50,541 nucleotides of DNA from Nemertoderma westbladi (Eukaryota; Animalia; Xenacoelomorpha). Under the pieces are notes generated by a model, which saw only the letters and a program-made list of their open reading frames with translations, searched no databases and had not been told where the DNA came from. The stretch is taken from assembly GCA_032718475.1 (NCBI GenBank), contig JAUCBJ010007534.1:1-50541 (forward strand), read 5' to 3'. Below, piece by piece: positions 1 to 12,155 of this stretch. Numbering within the stretch: the first letter of the stretch is position 1; every line of letters begins with the position of its first letter. The position numbers and the translations under genes were made by a program.

Positions 1-19
1 TTACAATAACTGCAGAGTA

Positions 20-500
20 GTGGTTAGCGTCCTCGCAAACAGAACCTATAGTGCAGTAGGTCACTGCAGCATCTATCATATTAAAATGGAAGGTTTTAAT
101 TTCAGACATTTCACACAATTGCATAATTCTGCACTGGTTAGCGTCCTCCCCAAACACGAAAACTATGGTGTAGTAGTACTCTGCCAAGTGCCAAGTATCA
201 GCAAAAAAGCATTCATAAACAACAAAATTGTAGGTTTCCTCAGACATTTCATCCCCAAATAGCGGCAGACTGTAGATTGGTCATTGTCTCCCCAAATACA
301 CAACCTACGGTGTAGTATACTCTGCTTGGTATCAGGAAAAAAAAACATAAACATATTGTGTAAAGGACCTAAGTATCAGCTAAAAATCATTATTAATAAC
401 TAAATAGGATAAGATTTTCACTTTAAGACATTTCGCCTCCTAGTGGCAGACTGAAGAACCGGAAACTGGTCGGCGTCCTCCCAACAACCTATGGTCAGGT
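20..500. repeat. Degenerate tandem repeat, about 4 diverged units
   Basis: The motif ggttagcgtcctc...aacctatggtgtagtag recurs at ~21, ~136, ~277 and ~466; agacatttc recurs at ~104, ~243 and ~426. Confidence 0.55.
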
Positions 501-813
501 AGAATTTCTTCTTCAAATTGTCAGTTAGAACAGAGTGGTTACGATGATGCAACTGCTGTTATAATTTTCTGCTTGCTGACCAGTAATTTGGTCGATAACA
601 AAACAAATACAGAATAACGCCATTTTACCTCAAATACGCATTCATGCAAGTATCAAGTAAATGTGTAAAAAACCAGCCTCGAGATAGCCTTTATGTTCAC
701 GGGCTCAGGATGGTCTGCATCATATAGATGCAGTGATGCACGAACATGATAGTGTCAAGATCCAACTTGTAGGATGACGGACTGACGACCTGCTAGGCCT
801 ACCTCGCTAGCAC

Positions 814-1487
814 TACTACTACTAGGATCGGCATGCTGCATTGCAGCTGCATTTTTAAGAATGCTGTGCCGGCTTGTCAACAAAATTGCACCGCCACAAC
901 TCCCTATCACCCATGACATTTGCTAGATCATCCGCATCTTTAAGGCCAGTGTCCTTTAAGATGCGTCTCAAGAAAGTCATGGGCTGTCCACCATGCTTAT
1001 TCACTCCATGAGGCTGCCAAAGTACAAGATTATGCACTGGCTGGTCCTCACGGCGAAAGCAATGTCCTGCAAAGCGGAGGCGATTTTGTTCTAGTGTCAA
1101 GCTTGGGGGAACCAATGAGACACCTCCAATGTTATATAGTGTCTGGTTGGAGATGTGTGCATTGTACTTGACACAATGTACCCGGCGTAGCATTCTTGTG
1201 AATGTGCCATCCAGAGATTTGGTGTCCTCAGCAGTTAGAGCCCAGCATGGACTCCCGTAGAGGAGTACTGGAACTACTGCTGCTCTAAATAATCGGACCT
1301 TAAGTTTCCGATTAATTCTAGGTGACTTCCAAATCCTGGAAAGCCTATTCAAGGCTGCCCATGCCTTTCCCTTACGTATTCGAAGGTCCTCACCTGACTT
1401 CCGGATCCATGATCCCAGGTAACAGAAGTCGTCCACATGCTCAAGCATACCATCCTTTGAGCTTATGCTCATCCGATCAGAGTCTTG
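814..1487 (-). mobile_element. 5'-truncated RTE-clade LINE (RT C-terminus plus (TAG)n tail)
   Basis: ORF 855-1520 has FCYLGS, KVRLFRAAVVPVLLYGS and RLRFAGHCFR. (cta)n tail at 813-824. 11-bp TSD CTCGCTAGCAC at 803-813 and 1488-1498. Same family as 13111-14727. Confidence 0.9.
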
Positions 1488-1857
1488 CTCGCTAGCACCC
1501 ATCCATCCGGTACACTGCAAAAACGAATAATTGAATCATTTTGTGTTTATGATTATAAACATGTGAACTGAAAAAGCTAATCTAAGATTTACTGCTTGTT
1601 CTTACCAATATTAGTCAAGAACCAATCAAGGTAGTTCCACTCTTCTGCTCTCCTGCTGGGTCCTATTTATTGAGATTACTACTTAACCAACCCAGCCTGC
1701 CTGCAGGCCACCTCAAGATATGATTGGTCTGCCAGTAGCTAGCTACCTTGCTAACACTTTACTCTCAGCTTTGCCAGGCCTGTGTACTGCCAAAAGGAAT
1801 ATTCGAAACACTTAGTGATATTGACACACAACATATTGCGGCAACCACAAAATTCAC

Positions 1858-2018
1858 ACAAGAAAACGTGTAAAATTAGTCTCCAGGATAGCGATAGTTT
1901 ACGTGCTCGGAACAAGAGCTTCCCATCGATGTATCATTTGTTCAGATTGGTGCTCGTGTGTCGGAGCGTATAGCTTGGACAGACTCACAGACAGACAATG
2001 CATATTTATATATATAGA
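1858..2018 (-). mobile_element. Short non-autonomous Helitron-like element
   Basis: The minus strand starts A|TCTATATATATAAA, continues into (CTGT)n-like sequence and ends CTTGT. Confidence 0.45.
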
Positions 2019-2105
2019 TTATTATAGGTCTATAAGGTCAGAAGGTAGCAAACTAACACACTTTTCTTTTTCTGTTGTTCAACATAACGCACATAAACAG
2101 CATAA

Positions 2106-3345
2106 TGCCTCGAAAATATGTTTGGAAGCCAGGTTCGCAACCATACTTGACAGGGTAGGCTCAAAGCACCATGGAAAAGGCCTTAAATGCAGTAATTGAC
2201 CATGGCAATTCCATCAACAAAGCTTTGAAGGAAAACGGTGTTCCTTATGGAACATTGTACAGAAGAGTCAATTTGGGTCCTACATTAAAAAACCATGGTG
2301 GACAAACATTTCTAACCATGGAAGAAGATAAGAAAATTGTTAATGTCATTTACACTGTTACAGAGTGGAAATGCTCACTTAAGGGTATAGATATCATTCT
2401 TCTCATTAAAGAATATATCGATTCTACTACACCTGGGGCTGGAGGTTATAGGTTTAAAGACAATCGACCGGGTCGAGATTGGTTAGAAAACTTTAAAACT
2501 CGGCATTTAACATCCAGGATGGCTCAAAATGTCAAACTGGAAGGTGTCCCTGAGACACACATCTTCAATTATGATAATAATAATAATAATTTATAGAGCG
2601 CCTTTCTGGGCATTATTTCAAGGCGCATAAGACCAATGTAATGGACGATCCAGGGTCGAGGAGTGCCATATGTTCTCGGGGGCTGAGGTGTGTTGAACAA
2701 AAATCTGCCCACACGAAATCATCAACAAGCATCATGTTTTGTGGTTCAGCTTCAGGGAAATATCAGCCTTCTATGGTGGTATACAAGGCTGAAAATCCAA
2801 ACCAGCTTTGGGGTCATGTATCAGAGACCAACATGAAATCTGGTTTCAGGGCCTGTGGGCTGTACCCATTTAGTCCAACAGAAGTAATTAAGAAATTACC
2901 TAGGGACGAGCCTGGTGATGATGAGCAACGTTCAGTGTTGAATTCTGCCACAATTAGTGTTTTAAGAACTTCTCTCTATGGTTCAAATACACCAGTCCAT
3001 GTCAAGAATAAAAGAGGGAAGAAGATCATACCTGGAAAACGTGTCATATTAAGTGATAACCGATAGCCTGTGTCTGCAGTTACACAAAACGAACAGCACA
3101 ATCATCCTGCATCTGCTTCAGCTCCAGCAGCTCCAGTCTCGTGGTCACCTAAAAGGAAGAGGAATAGGATTATTGAAGAAGAATCAGAGGAGGAAGAGGA
3201 AGTATCAGAAATTTCAGAAGTTGGTTGTAGCAACTGTGATGAAGCTACAGAGAGCGATTCTGTCATCGACCCACTAAATTGTTGCCAAATATGCAAATCC
3301 TGGAACCCCCCTCGACCAAAGGAGAATAATGCCTATCTTTTGTAG
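2106..3345 (+). pseudogene. Degraded pogo/Tigger-type (HTH_psq/CENP-B + DDE_1) transposase
   Basis: SINKALKENGVPYGTLYRR (psq HTH), RPGRDWLENFK, NYD..TN.MDDPG, SSTSIMFCGSASG, MKSGFRACGLYPF. Internal deletions, stops and an acidic tail. Confidence 0.85.
2574..2630 (-). mobile_element. About 55-bp 3' tail of an L2-type LINE/SINE inserted in the pogo transposase
   Basis: The minus strand shows a GCGCCT...AGGCGC stem-loop followed by (ATT)n. ATAA is duplicated on both sides, and removing the insert restores NYDKTNVMDDPG. Confidence 0.6.
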
Positions 3346-3996
3346 TTACTTTACTTTGCACGTTTTATTTCAGCATTAATATTTTACTTATGCTACATAC
3401 CTACGGTACCAAATTTATGTTCCGTATAACTCCATATTTTTGTGTTGTATCCTATAGAATATTGTAAACATGTCCCTTATTTGCCTTGTTTGCCTTTCGT
3501 ACTGTATGTTGTCGAGTATGCTTTGCCGGGTTTTAATTTTGAATTTATTTGATGTTGGTCAGCCTAGTAATTACGCACAAATACAAGTACAGGTCAAAGG
3601 AGACTCAATACCACAACTTCATAAATATAATCTTCTCTCATGCACAGCATGGCATCAAAGACCCTCAGAGATATAATTTCATCTAGGGAACACAATGCTT
3701 CAACCATCTAACACTCCATAAAAGTCAGACCTGGGATGTGCATTGTGCAATCATTCTCTAATTAGTTTTTACTTTTTTTAATATGGTCTGTTTATTCTGT
3801 TGATAGAGACCCAGTTGAAATACAGTTTTTTGTAATATATATTTATTTCTTAATAATAATTATTATAAACTAATTATGAATTCGTAAATAACTAATTTAC
3901 CTCATTGTCAGAAATTTTTCCCAGACATGTGACCTTACTTGACTTCTTGATGAGTAGTATATTTCAGGGCACTTTTAAAATATCTCTAGATTTGCT

Positions 3997-4127
3997 CCCA
4001 GTTATTTAACTGGTACTCATTTTATGACCCCAGTGGATGAAAGGCTGAGTTGAGTGGACCCTGGCGGGGCTGAACCTACAACCAATAGAGTGCAGGCCTG
4101 GTGCTCAACCAACTGAGCTACCCCACC
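3997..4127 (-). mobile_element. tRNA-derived SINE
   Basis: The minus strand has an A-box (TAGCTCAGTTGG) and a B-box-like GGTTCAGCCCC, then ACTCAGCCTTTCATCC...AAAATGAGTACCAG, resembling the conserved central domain of Meta/Sauria-type SINEs. Confidence 0.7.
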
Positions 4128-4189
4128 GATTATTATTGTCATTAATGAAAGACCCATTAATATCTCCAGCAATAACAACTTTAAAATGA

Positions 4190-4735
4190 TGTTAATAGTC
4201 TTATGTTCAATGCCAGAAAGATGTCTAAATTTGTGGTCACACCTGCATCAGACTTATTCTCTGTTCAATGATGTATGCAAAGTTAATCAACCATAAAAAA
4301 GGATTTCAATGGTATTAAGATCAACTGGTTGAAAACTCAAGAAGTTGCCATTCAGAAGCAATATCCATATATACTGTACGTGTGGCCAGGAACGAGATAA
4401 TTGAGCTCGATTGTTTCAATGTGATCGGAACGGATTAGTTGGTGATAAATCATGGCTAGGACTCCCCGATTTTTATTTTGCCCCCCACAACTGTCACAAA
4501 AAACTTTACATTCAGATTCGTTGGCAGATCGATGCTTCGTAAGTACTGATAAACACAACTAGCTGTTTCATTGGCTCCACGTCCTGCCTGCCACTCCCCC
4601 CAAAGGTAACATATACCACGATTCGAATTGCTTTCGTAGACAGACTGATTATACTGTGCCAGTTTCCTACTATAACCAGTTACATAGAGTCACCATGGGG
4701 TGTATTCAATATCAATACCTTTTGTAGGTCAAAAC
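4190..4735 (-). pseudogene. Catalytic-domain portion of the Sola1-like transposase (continuation of 9266-11276)
   Basis: Minus strand: FDLQKVL..TPHG, YSRKLAQYN, CYLWGEWQAGRGANE, FCDSCGGQNKN, YLVPGHTY. The piece 4190-4378 reads on the + strand (inverted). Confidence 0.8.
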
Positions 4736-5359
4736 AAGGGGTGCGGGTGCTAGGGGGGGGGGGGGGGGTGGTAGACAGAGAGGGGGGGGGGGGGTGTGTG
4801 GTTGGTATAGAAACGGAGGAATAGAAAAGCCAGCAGCAATAGAGGAAAATCAGCCTCTCACACCTCTCTTGATACTCCCCAAATACTTACACGAATATCA
4901 CAGTACTGTATTAGTACATAGAACCACATTCATGTCTGCCAGTCCATGTTAATGTGTTAGTCTTAGTAGTAGTCTCAAATTTCCCGCCTTGTAACCAGGT
5001 AACATCAGTTTGCGGTGGCTTAATTAACTCTTCATAATTTCATTATTAAGATTCTTTGTTTTATAATAATTAATACCTTATTTATATTATTGAAAAAAAA
5101 CAAATAAGCAATAATCATATATATTATTACATTATCAGTACTTTAATAGGAACACAGGGAATATCCATTATCGATTCTGTACACCAAAATATATGCATCC
5201 TAAAGCCAATACAGTAGGTTATTAACATTATTATTACTGTTCGGAAATTCCGCAATAATTAATTTTACACATAACAACTATTAATGCACTAATTGTTAGT
5301 CCGAAAGTAAGGAGGGGGGGGGGGGGGGGGGGGGGGTAGAATTCCTTATTAGAGATTAG

Positions 5360-5413
5360 CCCCAATGTCCCTTTCGTCAACCCAAGGTGTTGACGGGACA
5401 TTGGGGACCTTGT
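5360..5413 (+). repeat. Hairpin followed by CTTGT, a Helitron/Helentron-like 3' terminus
   Basis: CCCAATGTCCC..CGTCAAC / GTTGACG GGACATTGGG inverted repeat, then ACCTTGT. Confidence 0.45.
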
Positions 5414-7329
5414 TTAGTACCAAAAATATTTCAAATTTTATTTAAAACCAACAAAAAAATATATCAAAGAATGAAAACTAAATTTTACTTTTTAACAAAA
5501 TACTTGGTTAATATTACTGTAAGTATTTGCATTAAAATAAAAAATTTATTTGCATAATTATCACAAAAGCAACTTTACATTCTTTGCTTTTGTAAATACG
5601 CTAAAATATATATCAGTATTTGTATAAAATGCAAAATAATAAATTAAATAAATTTTAATTATGAAATATAACAATATATTTATGGTATATAGCTATAGCT
5701 GTTCATACTATTAATATATTTACATAATATAATTCATATTATTATTATTTAGTATAATATATTAAAGATTCAATACTAAATTGTGAATTTAACTTGTTCA
5801 ATTAATAAAATAATTTCTGCACATGGCAGTATAGGACCACAAACTTGATAAATGGGCATACATTTAAACCAATACGACGTCACAAATGTTAACACAGTAA
5901 CTGTATATCGGCACAGGTTATCTAAAGTCAATCGATAGACAATAACAAAATTAAAAATCATTAAATAACGCGGTAGTTTGGTATCCCTACCCGGATGCGG
6001 TTTGGATGAAACGAAGACATGAAAGTTAAAAACTCAACGAACCAAAGCGTGACTGGTCGACTGATGGATACCGAACCACTCGCGAATTTAAACTGGGGAT
6101 CCCAACTCGCTCCGGAACGCAACCCATACTGCGATAATAACTCATCGCTTGCTGTTGCACTGAATTGCTCTACCGCAGTTGACCCACGGAAGTTTTGCAC
6201 TTTGTATTTCAGTATTTCGTGCCGCTGATTCTAGAGCCTAAGATTTCATCGGGTAACCGTTGCAAGTACCATAAACCACGCGCTGTAATCGTACCGATAC
6301 CACAAAGTCTCTTTAGTTTCACCTGCATGTTTGCTTTTAGCGAAGTCCTGCTTACGAGGCCAAGGGCCGGAAGTCGCGATGATAGAGTTCCGGTACGAGC
6401 CTCTCTCGACCTTCGCCGTCCAGAAATATGTGAGAACATTATCGCAAACGTACTGGCACCCAGTCAGCCAGTGCCAATTTGTCGTCAACGTTTAAGACTC
6501 AGCAGTCATCTCTACGCAGAAGGAGATGAATCGTTAGGATAAGCTGCAAGTGATCCTCACCTCATAGGGATCCTCGGATATAAGGATTACAACGTCCGAA
6601 CTCGAAGTTTAGAACTGCAGTATAATGCAGGCAGATTGTATAAAATAAGCAGTAGGTAGGTAGGTGGAACTTAGAACAGAGGGAAGTCGGACTCCTGAGT
6701 TTACTAAAATCCTAAGGTTATTAGCCGCTTGCGTGACTGCCGGTTTTGTTCGAGTTCGCTCGACCTAGTAGTAGTACGGTCACTGTGGAATTGTTACTGA
6801 AAGAACAGTTGATATGAGTAAACAGAAATGCCTAGTTCAATAGGGGCCTAGTTTGTAGTTCAATCACAGTACTGCAGTATTAGACTCACTAAAAATTAAA
6901 AAATATTCAATGAAATACTGAAATAGGCCTAATTATACAACAACCATCAGACCGTACTGCCGTACAGTCGTACCGAACCTGATAACCTGCAGACAAGCCT
7001 AGAATACAAGTACAAGGTATAGTATGTAGGTACGGCAGTAAGGCCTGTGGAAGTATGGGCGGCGGTCTGGCGGTAGCCTACTGCAGCAGGCGTTCCAGTT
7101 GTACCGCAGACAGGTAATACAGTAATAGGAAATGAAACACTAACTGCTGATGAACTGCTAGGCCTAGCAGAAGAACAGTGCCAGTACACATAAGGCTGCA
7201 AAGTCAATGCTAGCAGCAGCATTCAAAGAATGATACCACACAGCCAGCTGTGAGTTCATTATCCATGCCTCACACTAAGAGTGTTGCTGCTGCTAGGATA
7301 CAAATTATCTGTTATTGGCTAGAGCTGTA

Positions 7330-9265
7330 CCATTGGTTGGCTTTCATGTTATGATATTCAAATGGATTGATGGAGGGAATTTCAAAATGGTCAAATAATA
7401 CAACAATAATGAAATTTTTAATATGATGTGCAATTATAAAAATCGATGTAACTCTGGTGCAACACGACCGTATTCGATGAAATTTTCATTGTTACGTACG
7501 GTAATTAATGCGTTTACAATTGCTATACTCAATATATTTATAATCGGTATGATTTTTAAACTATAAGAGTTTAAGGGCCGGGAATTGCCAAATTGTGGCT
7601 ACGTAGGCCAGATTTGACCACAAAATTGACCAGGTTCGTGCAACTCTTGAAAATTTTGGAATATGTCAATTTTGTTCTACTATCATGTTCTATAAATGAC
7701 CAAAGTTAAAAAAAATATAATTCCTAGGAAGTTGTTTTATTTTTGATAAATATGTAATTTTATGGTGAAAATTGGTTAATTTCGTTAAAAATTAGTGAAA
7801 ATTTGACGGTTTGGAGTAAAATTGGGTGGGTTGGGCCAACTCATATAAATTGTTGCCAGTGTTATTTTTCTTATCCTAAAACGTTCTTTAATTGAGCACA
7901 GTTTTAGAAAATATAATTCCTAGGAAGTTCTTAAACTAAAGCTCAGACTTTCAAAAAGACGGTCATTTAACGGACTTTTTTTTATTTGTCTGTCATACCT
8001 ACACATATCGTTGAAATCGAAAATGGCATGCATATTCGGATTCAGCACACCAAAATGTACCTATATAGTATATTTTGAGGTAATCTGAGGCTAAAATAAA
8101 AAAAAATGAAAAAATGAAAAAAAATTGCGCCAAAATTTGCCAAACTTCCAAAAATACTTAACTTGCTCAGATTTTCATGAAATTTGGTACGGATGTGCCC
8201 AAAGCAATTCTAAGAAACTAATTTGAAGGATTTACGGAAAAATGCAATTTAAGCCGATATATCGCATTTTGAGTGCCTAATTTTAGGCTAAATTTCAAGA
8301 AAATACAGATTTCCTAAGTTTGGCCCTTATTTACTACAAGAAGCAAAGACTTTTTGTATTAACATTAAATGGATAAAATGTAGAGCTATCTTATCCATCT
8401 GTGATGTTAAAGTTTCAGAAAAATATAAACAGACAATTCGGAGAAAACCACTTTCTACCAAAACCTATTTTGTCAACTTCCAAAATTACCATTTTTCGGC
8501 CCCAATTTCCAGCCCTTAATATTCAGGCAACGCACAATATCAATAACAGTAATGGAACTCCCATCTTCCCTCTATAAAACGCAAGTGGAACGGTTTCGTT
8601 CTAATTAAAAGATACAGAGCTATAACGATTTAAAAATTGTCAAAAATATCCAAATTTGGCCCAAAATTGGCCAAAAGTTAAATTATTGGCATACTGTTAA
8701 ATATTTTTGGCCAATATTTTGACCTGATGAACAACTGTATTGGATATGTATTCGGTATGAGTTTCAATCGAAATAGCCAAGCTGCTTTGGTGATAGCGAG
8801 AAAACAATGTAAAAATTTACCATTTGGATAATTTTTGGGTAAAATTAAAATGTGGCCAAAATGGCCAAATTTGGCTAAACGAAATTTTTTAATGAAACTT
8901 GCAAATTTATCCGCGCACAAAGTCTCCGGAGAACATTTGAAGATTTCAGTCGCCTTCACTCCGAATTTAATCATTTAGTGCTAGAAGTTTCCAAATTGGG
9001 GCAAAAATCCACATTTGGTGGCCAATTTGGAAATGTTGGGAAACTAAATTGAAAAAACAAAACCGTACAAAATTCTTAGAATAACAAAAACTACAAACGT
9101 GGCAAATTTCAGAGAATATAATTCCTAGGAAGTTGTAAAACGCCCCGAGTAAGCTCCACTTTCTATATACTAATGTTGGAACGCCTACGCCCGGTGTGGG
9201 AGAATCCTCACGAAGGATCCTCCCACGTTGTGTTGTTTTTAGGTTTACATAAGAACCGCATATCC
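7330..9265. mobile_element. Non-autonomous DNA/rolling-circle element (non-coding, AT-rich)
   Basis: Three copies of aatataattcctaggaagtt (~7715, ~7910, ~9115), repeated aaatttggccaaaa motifs and a terminal hairpin GTGGGAG..CTCCCAC at ~9197-9227. It lies inside the block that splits the Sola1-like transposase. Confidence 0.5.
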
Positions 9266-11276
9266 AACTAGCAACAATGTAATTATATTCGGCCTCCTTG
9301 GACTCACTTTGACATTTCAAGAAATAGTTATTCACAGCATTCTTCTCTTCCACGTGAGCTTTGTATTCTTCCTCACTGTAATCACCACCAGTATCTTTTC
9401 GATGACAAATAATGCATTTATCCTTCTTGGGTTGGTGAAAACCAACGTTATAGTCACTTAGAAAAATCAATCGAAATGTCGATTTTGAGACCTTGTCTTT
9501 AAGCAACGTGTCTTTCTTATAAATGCGATAAAGATTGGTCAGGTTCTTGAAACGCTGAGGCAGGTACTTGCGGCGGGAATTATTTCGAACATAGTGCGGC
9601 TCCATTATTGGCAGCTTATTTATGAATTTGTGAACAGATGCTCTTATACCAGCTTTTCCCCGAGTGTTTCCACCACGTTTGTCTTTAGACGGAAGCTTAG
9701 CCTCAGTTCTGTGGCCCAACATCCACCTAACCTCCTTTTCACCAACACTCAATGTTCCCAGGAAGAATGCTCCGCACACCTGCTCTTTTTGGCCATCTTT
9801 GAGCAAGAAATAACTCTTAGAACTTGATCTATGTTTCGTTATTACACTCGATGACTTCTGCTGTGTTCCACCTACACGAATCATGGAATTGAGAAAGTTA
9901 TGGCGACCTTGCCTCTCATCTGTTTCCTTCCAGTACAAGTCGAAATTATGCTGTCGATCTCCATCTGTCCATTTCCCAGAGCATCCATGGGGACGATTGC
10001 ACTTGCCTCATACTGCGAGCTGGTTTGACCTTCCTGGATTTCGTGGTATATGACAGACCCTTCTCTCGTAGGTTGTGCCTCTCTTTGCTGCTATATGGTT
10101 TGATTTTCCTGCCTTTCTTCATTGGATTGGGGGCTTCAATATAAGTCTCTGTAGGCTGCTTAACATCTGCAGAATCCTCACTCTCGCTACTTGGATAATA
10201 GTTTGGATCACTACTCGGATCTTGGGGTGCACTTTCTAACTCACAATCCTGTGGTTGATAGCAGAAACCTGTATTAAATATGCTACCATCTGTACCTGGA
10301 TCTAGTGATGCTCATAAATCATGTTCTCCATCTTCGCCAATCTCACCTACAGCACGCACAACCCCAAGGTCTAAATATTGTAATCCACCCCATTGATCTA
10401 TATCTTGAAAACCTCCCAATAAATCATCGTCCCGAAATCGACAGAATTGCAAATCCACGTCGTGGAATGCATCTGATATCCCCACATCAACTTCAGTATC
10501 CTGCTGTACTTCAAACTGTATTTCCTGGGCTTCTCCCAAGATTATATCCTGAAGCCCACTCCACAAGTTGACATCATGTGGGCCAAGAACATTATCACTG
10601 TCGCTGGAGATATCTAGGACACATAACATAGGATCCAGATCTGTTGTGATCTCTTCATCCTGTGCAGCCACAGAAAGTCTTTCTGTGGCTGCATTGACGA
10701 AATTACCGTTTGGGGGTCTATATGCGGTGCTACAGTATGTATGATCTGACAGAAGTGCTACAGAATCTTTAGAGCACCCAGCTTTACTTTTCTTCTTTTC
10801 GTGTTGTTTGGCGTTGTAGCAGTAGGAGTCCACTCTACATTTCCTCAGCCTCTTTGGGTAAGTCTTTCTTGACGACATCGCGGATGTGAAATGAAAATGC
10901 CTAAATGCAGTATAGTAGTATCTGCAGTATGGCGATTCTGCATACAGCACACACACGTAACACTACTTTAAATACCCCTCGTTGTTTTTGAAAGGCTTTC
11001 CTATGAATAATACTATTGGATTGGTTGTTAGGAGTGGATACTATGTAATGTCTATGGTAGATGGGAGTTAGGGCGTTATGAAAAAATATTGGCTGCCATT
11101 CGAACAGTGTAAATTGCGGAGTTAGGGCGTTATGCAAAGCTTAATATCTCGAGAATGGCTAATGCTATGGCTTTGAAAGTGCGATTTTCTGAAAGCACGT
11201 ATGCGAATTACTTAGAATCGTCGATTTTCTCAAAACATGATTTTGTGAGTTAGGGCCTTATGTTTTAATAGGGACG
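9266..11276 (-). mobile_element. 5' half of a Sola1-like DNA transposon with a frameshifted transposase
   Basis: QVCGAFFLGTL, DKRG, EPHYVRNNSRRKYLP, FHQPKKDKCIIC. Terminus ...TAGGGACG followed by AATT (AWWT-type TSD) at 11277-11280. Subterminal GAGTTAGGGCGTTATG-like repeats at ~11065, ~11120 and ~11247. Confidence 0.75.
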
Positions 11277-11679
11277 AATTGTTAATTGGTATTGAGGTAT
11301 TGTTAATAAAAATACTTCAACTTCAAGGAATCTTCAAATGAACAAAATGTTATATTTTAAAAAACTGAAAAGTGAAACTCTTCTTACAGTTAACCTAAAT
11401 CATATAGTAGATACATTGTTTATGAAAAAAAATTTTTTTTATATTTTTGGGTACCAGTAGTTTTTTGGGTAAAATTGTGTTTTTTTGTGTAATATTTTGT
11501 TTTTTTGTGTTTTTTGTGTTTTTTTGGGTAATATTGTGATTTTTGTGAAATTCGTAGGACCCTGGATAAAGTACAGTTAGGAACAATCATTTAATTGGGA
11601 GATGCAATGGTCTTATATCTTATTTCAGTATAGGTAAAAAAAAGTGTAGTAATGAAATACATATATTTGACTAGACTTG

Positions 11680-12110
11680 AATTTTGATTTATTTATTCGC
11701 ATAAAAACTGAAAGAAAGAAAAGAAATAAACTAAAAAATTTCTCTGTTATGTAATTATAGTATGCCTATGTAATTAGATTTCATTGAAATGTTTATTGAT
11801 ATTGCTGATGTGATGCTGGCGACCACCACTGCAACTCGCTTGCGAGTTGTAGTGCGAATAGTATTCCCCCAAGCCATAACTTGCAAATTTATTAATTCCA
11901 AATCGAGTTATCCTTTAGTGCCAGTTTACCGAGTAAGTAATTCTTGACTTTGTGTATGAACGTTTCCAGGGAGACAGAGTTTCTTACATCCTATATGGTA
12001 GCGAGTTCCATATCATCGGCCCTAGAAACGAGAATCATTTACTTCCTGTTACAGTTCGTCACAAGTGAACAACAGTGCGAGTACATCCATGTCTGAAATT
12101 AACCGATACA
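11680..12110 (-). mobile_element. 3' end of a CR1/L2-type LINE
   Basis: Minus strand FSFLGPMIWNSLP...SLETFIHKVKNYLL. 3' UTR stem-loop CACTGCAACTCGC/GCGAGTTGTAGTG at ~11827-11854. Confidence 0.65.
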
Positions 12111-12155
12111 GAGTTTAACTGGACCAATGATGAGAGACACGAGATTCTTTTAAAA

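Noticed and set aside
676-1610. Possible minus-strand exon/intron (GTAAG at ~1606, TTTTGCAG at ~1517) around the RTE insertion
   Set aside because: Splice-like signals only; no recognisable product.
4040-4127. tRNA gene
   Set aside because: Degenerate cloverleaf fused to a SINE body; treated as a SINE head (the same applies to 19050-19160).
4753-5336. Long poly-G tracts (also poly-C at 42352-42376) as G-quadruplex elements
   Set aside because: Simple homopolymers within repeats, with no supporting context.
8678-9265. ORF 8678-8974 and the C-terminal third of ORF 8967-9938
   Set aside because: Read-through into non-coding AT-rich repeat DNA after the transposase breakpoint at 9266.
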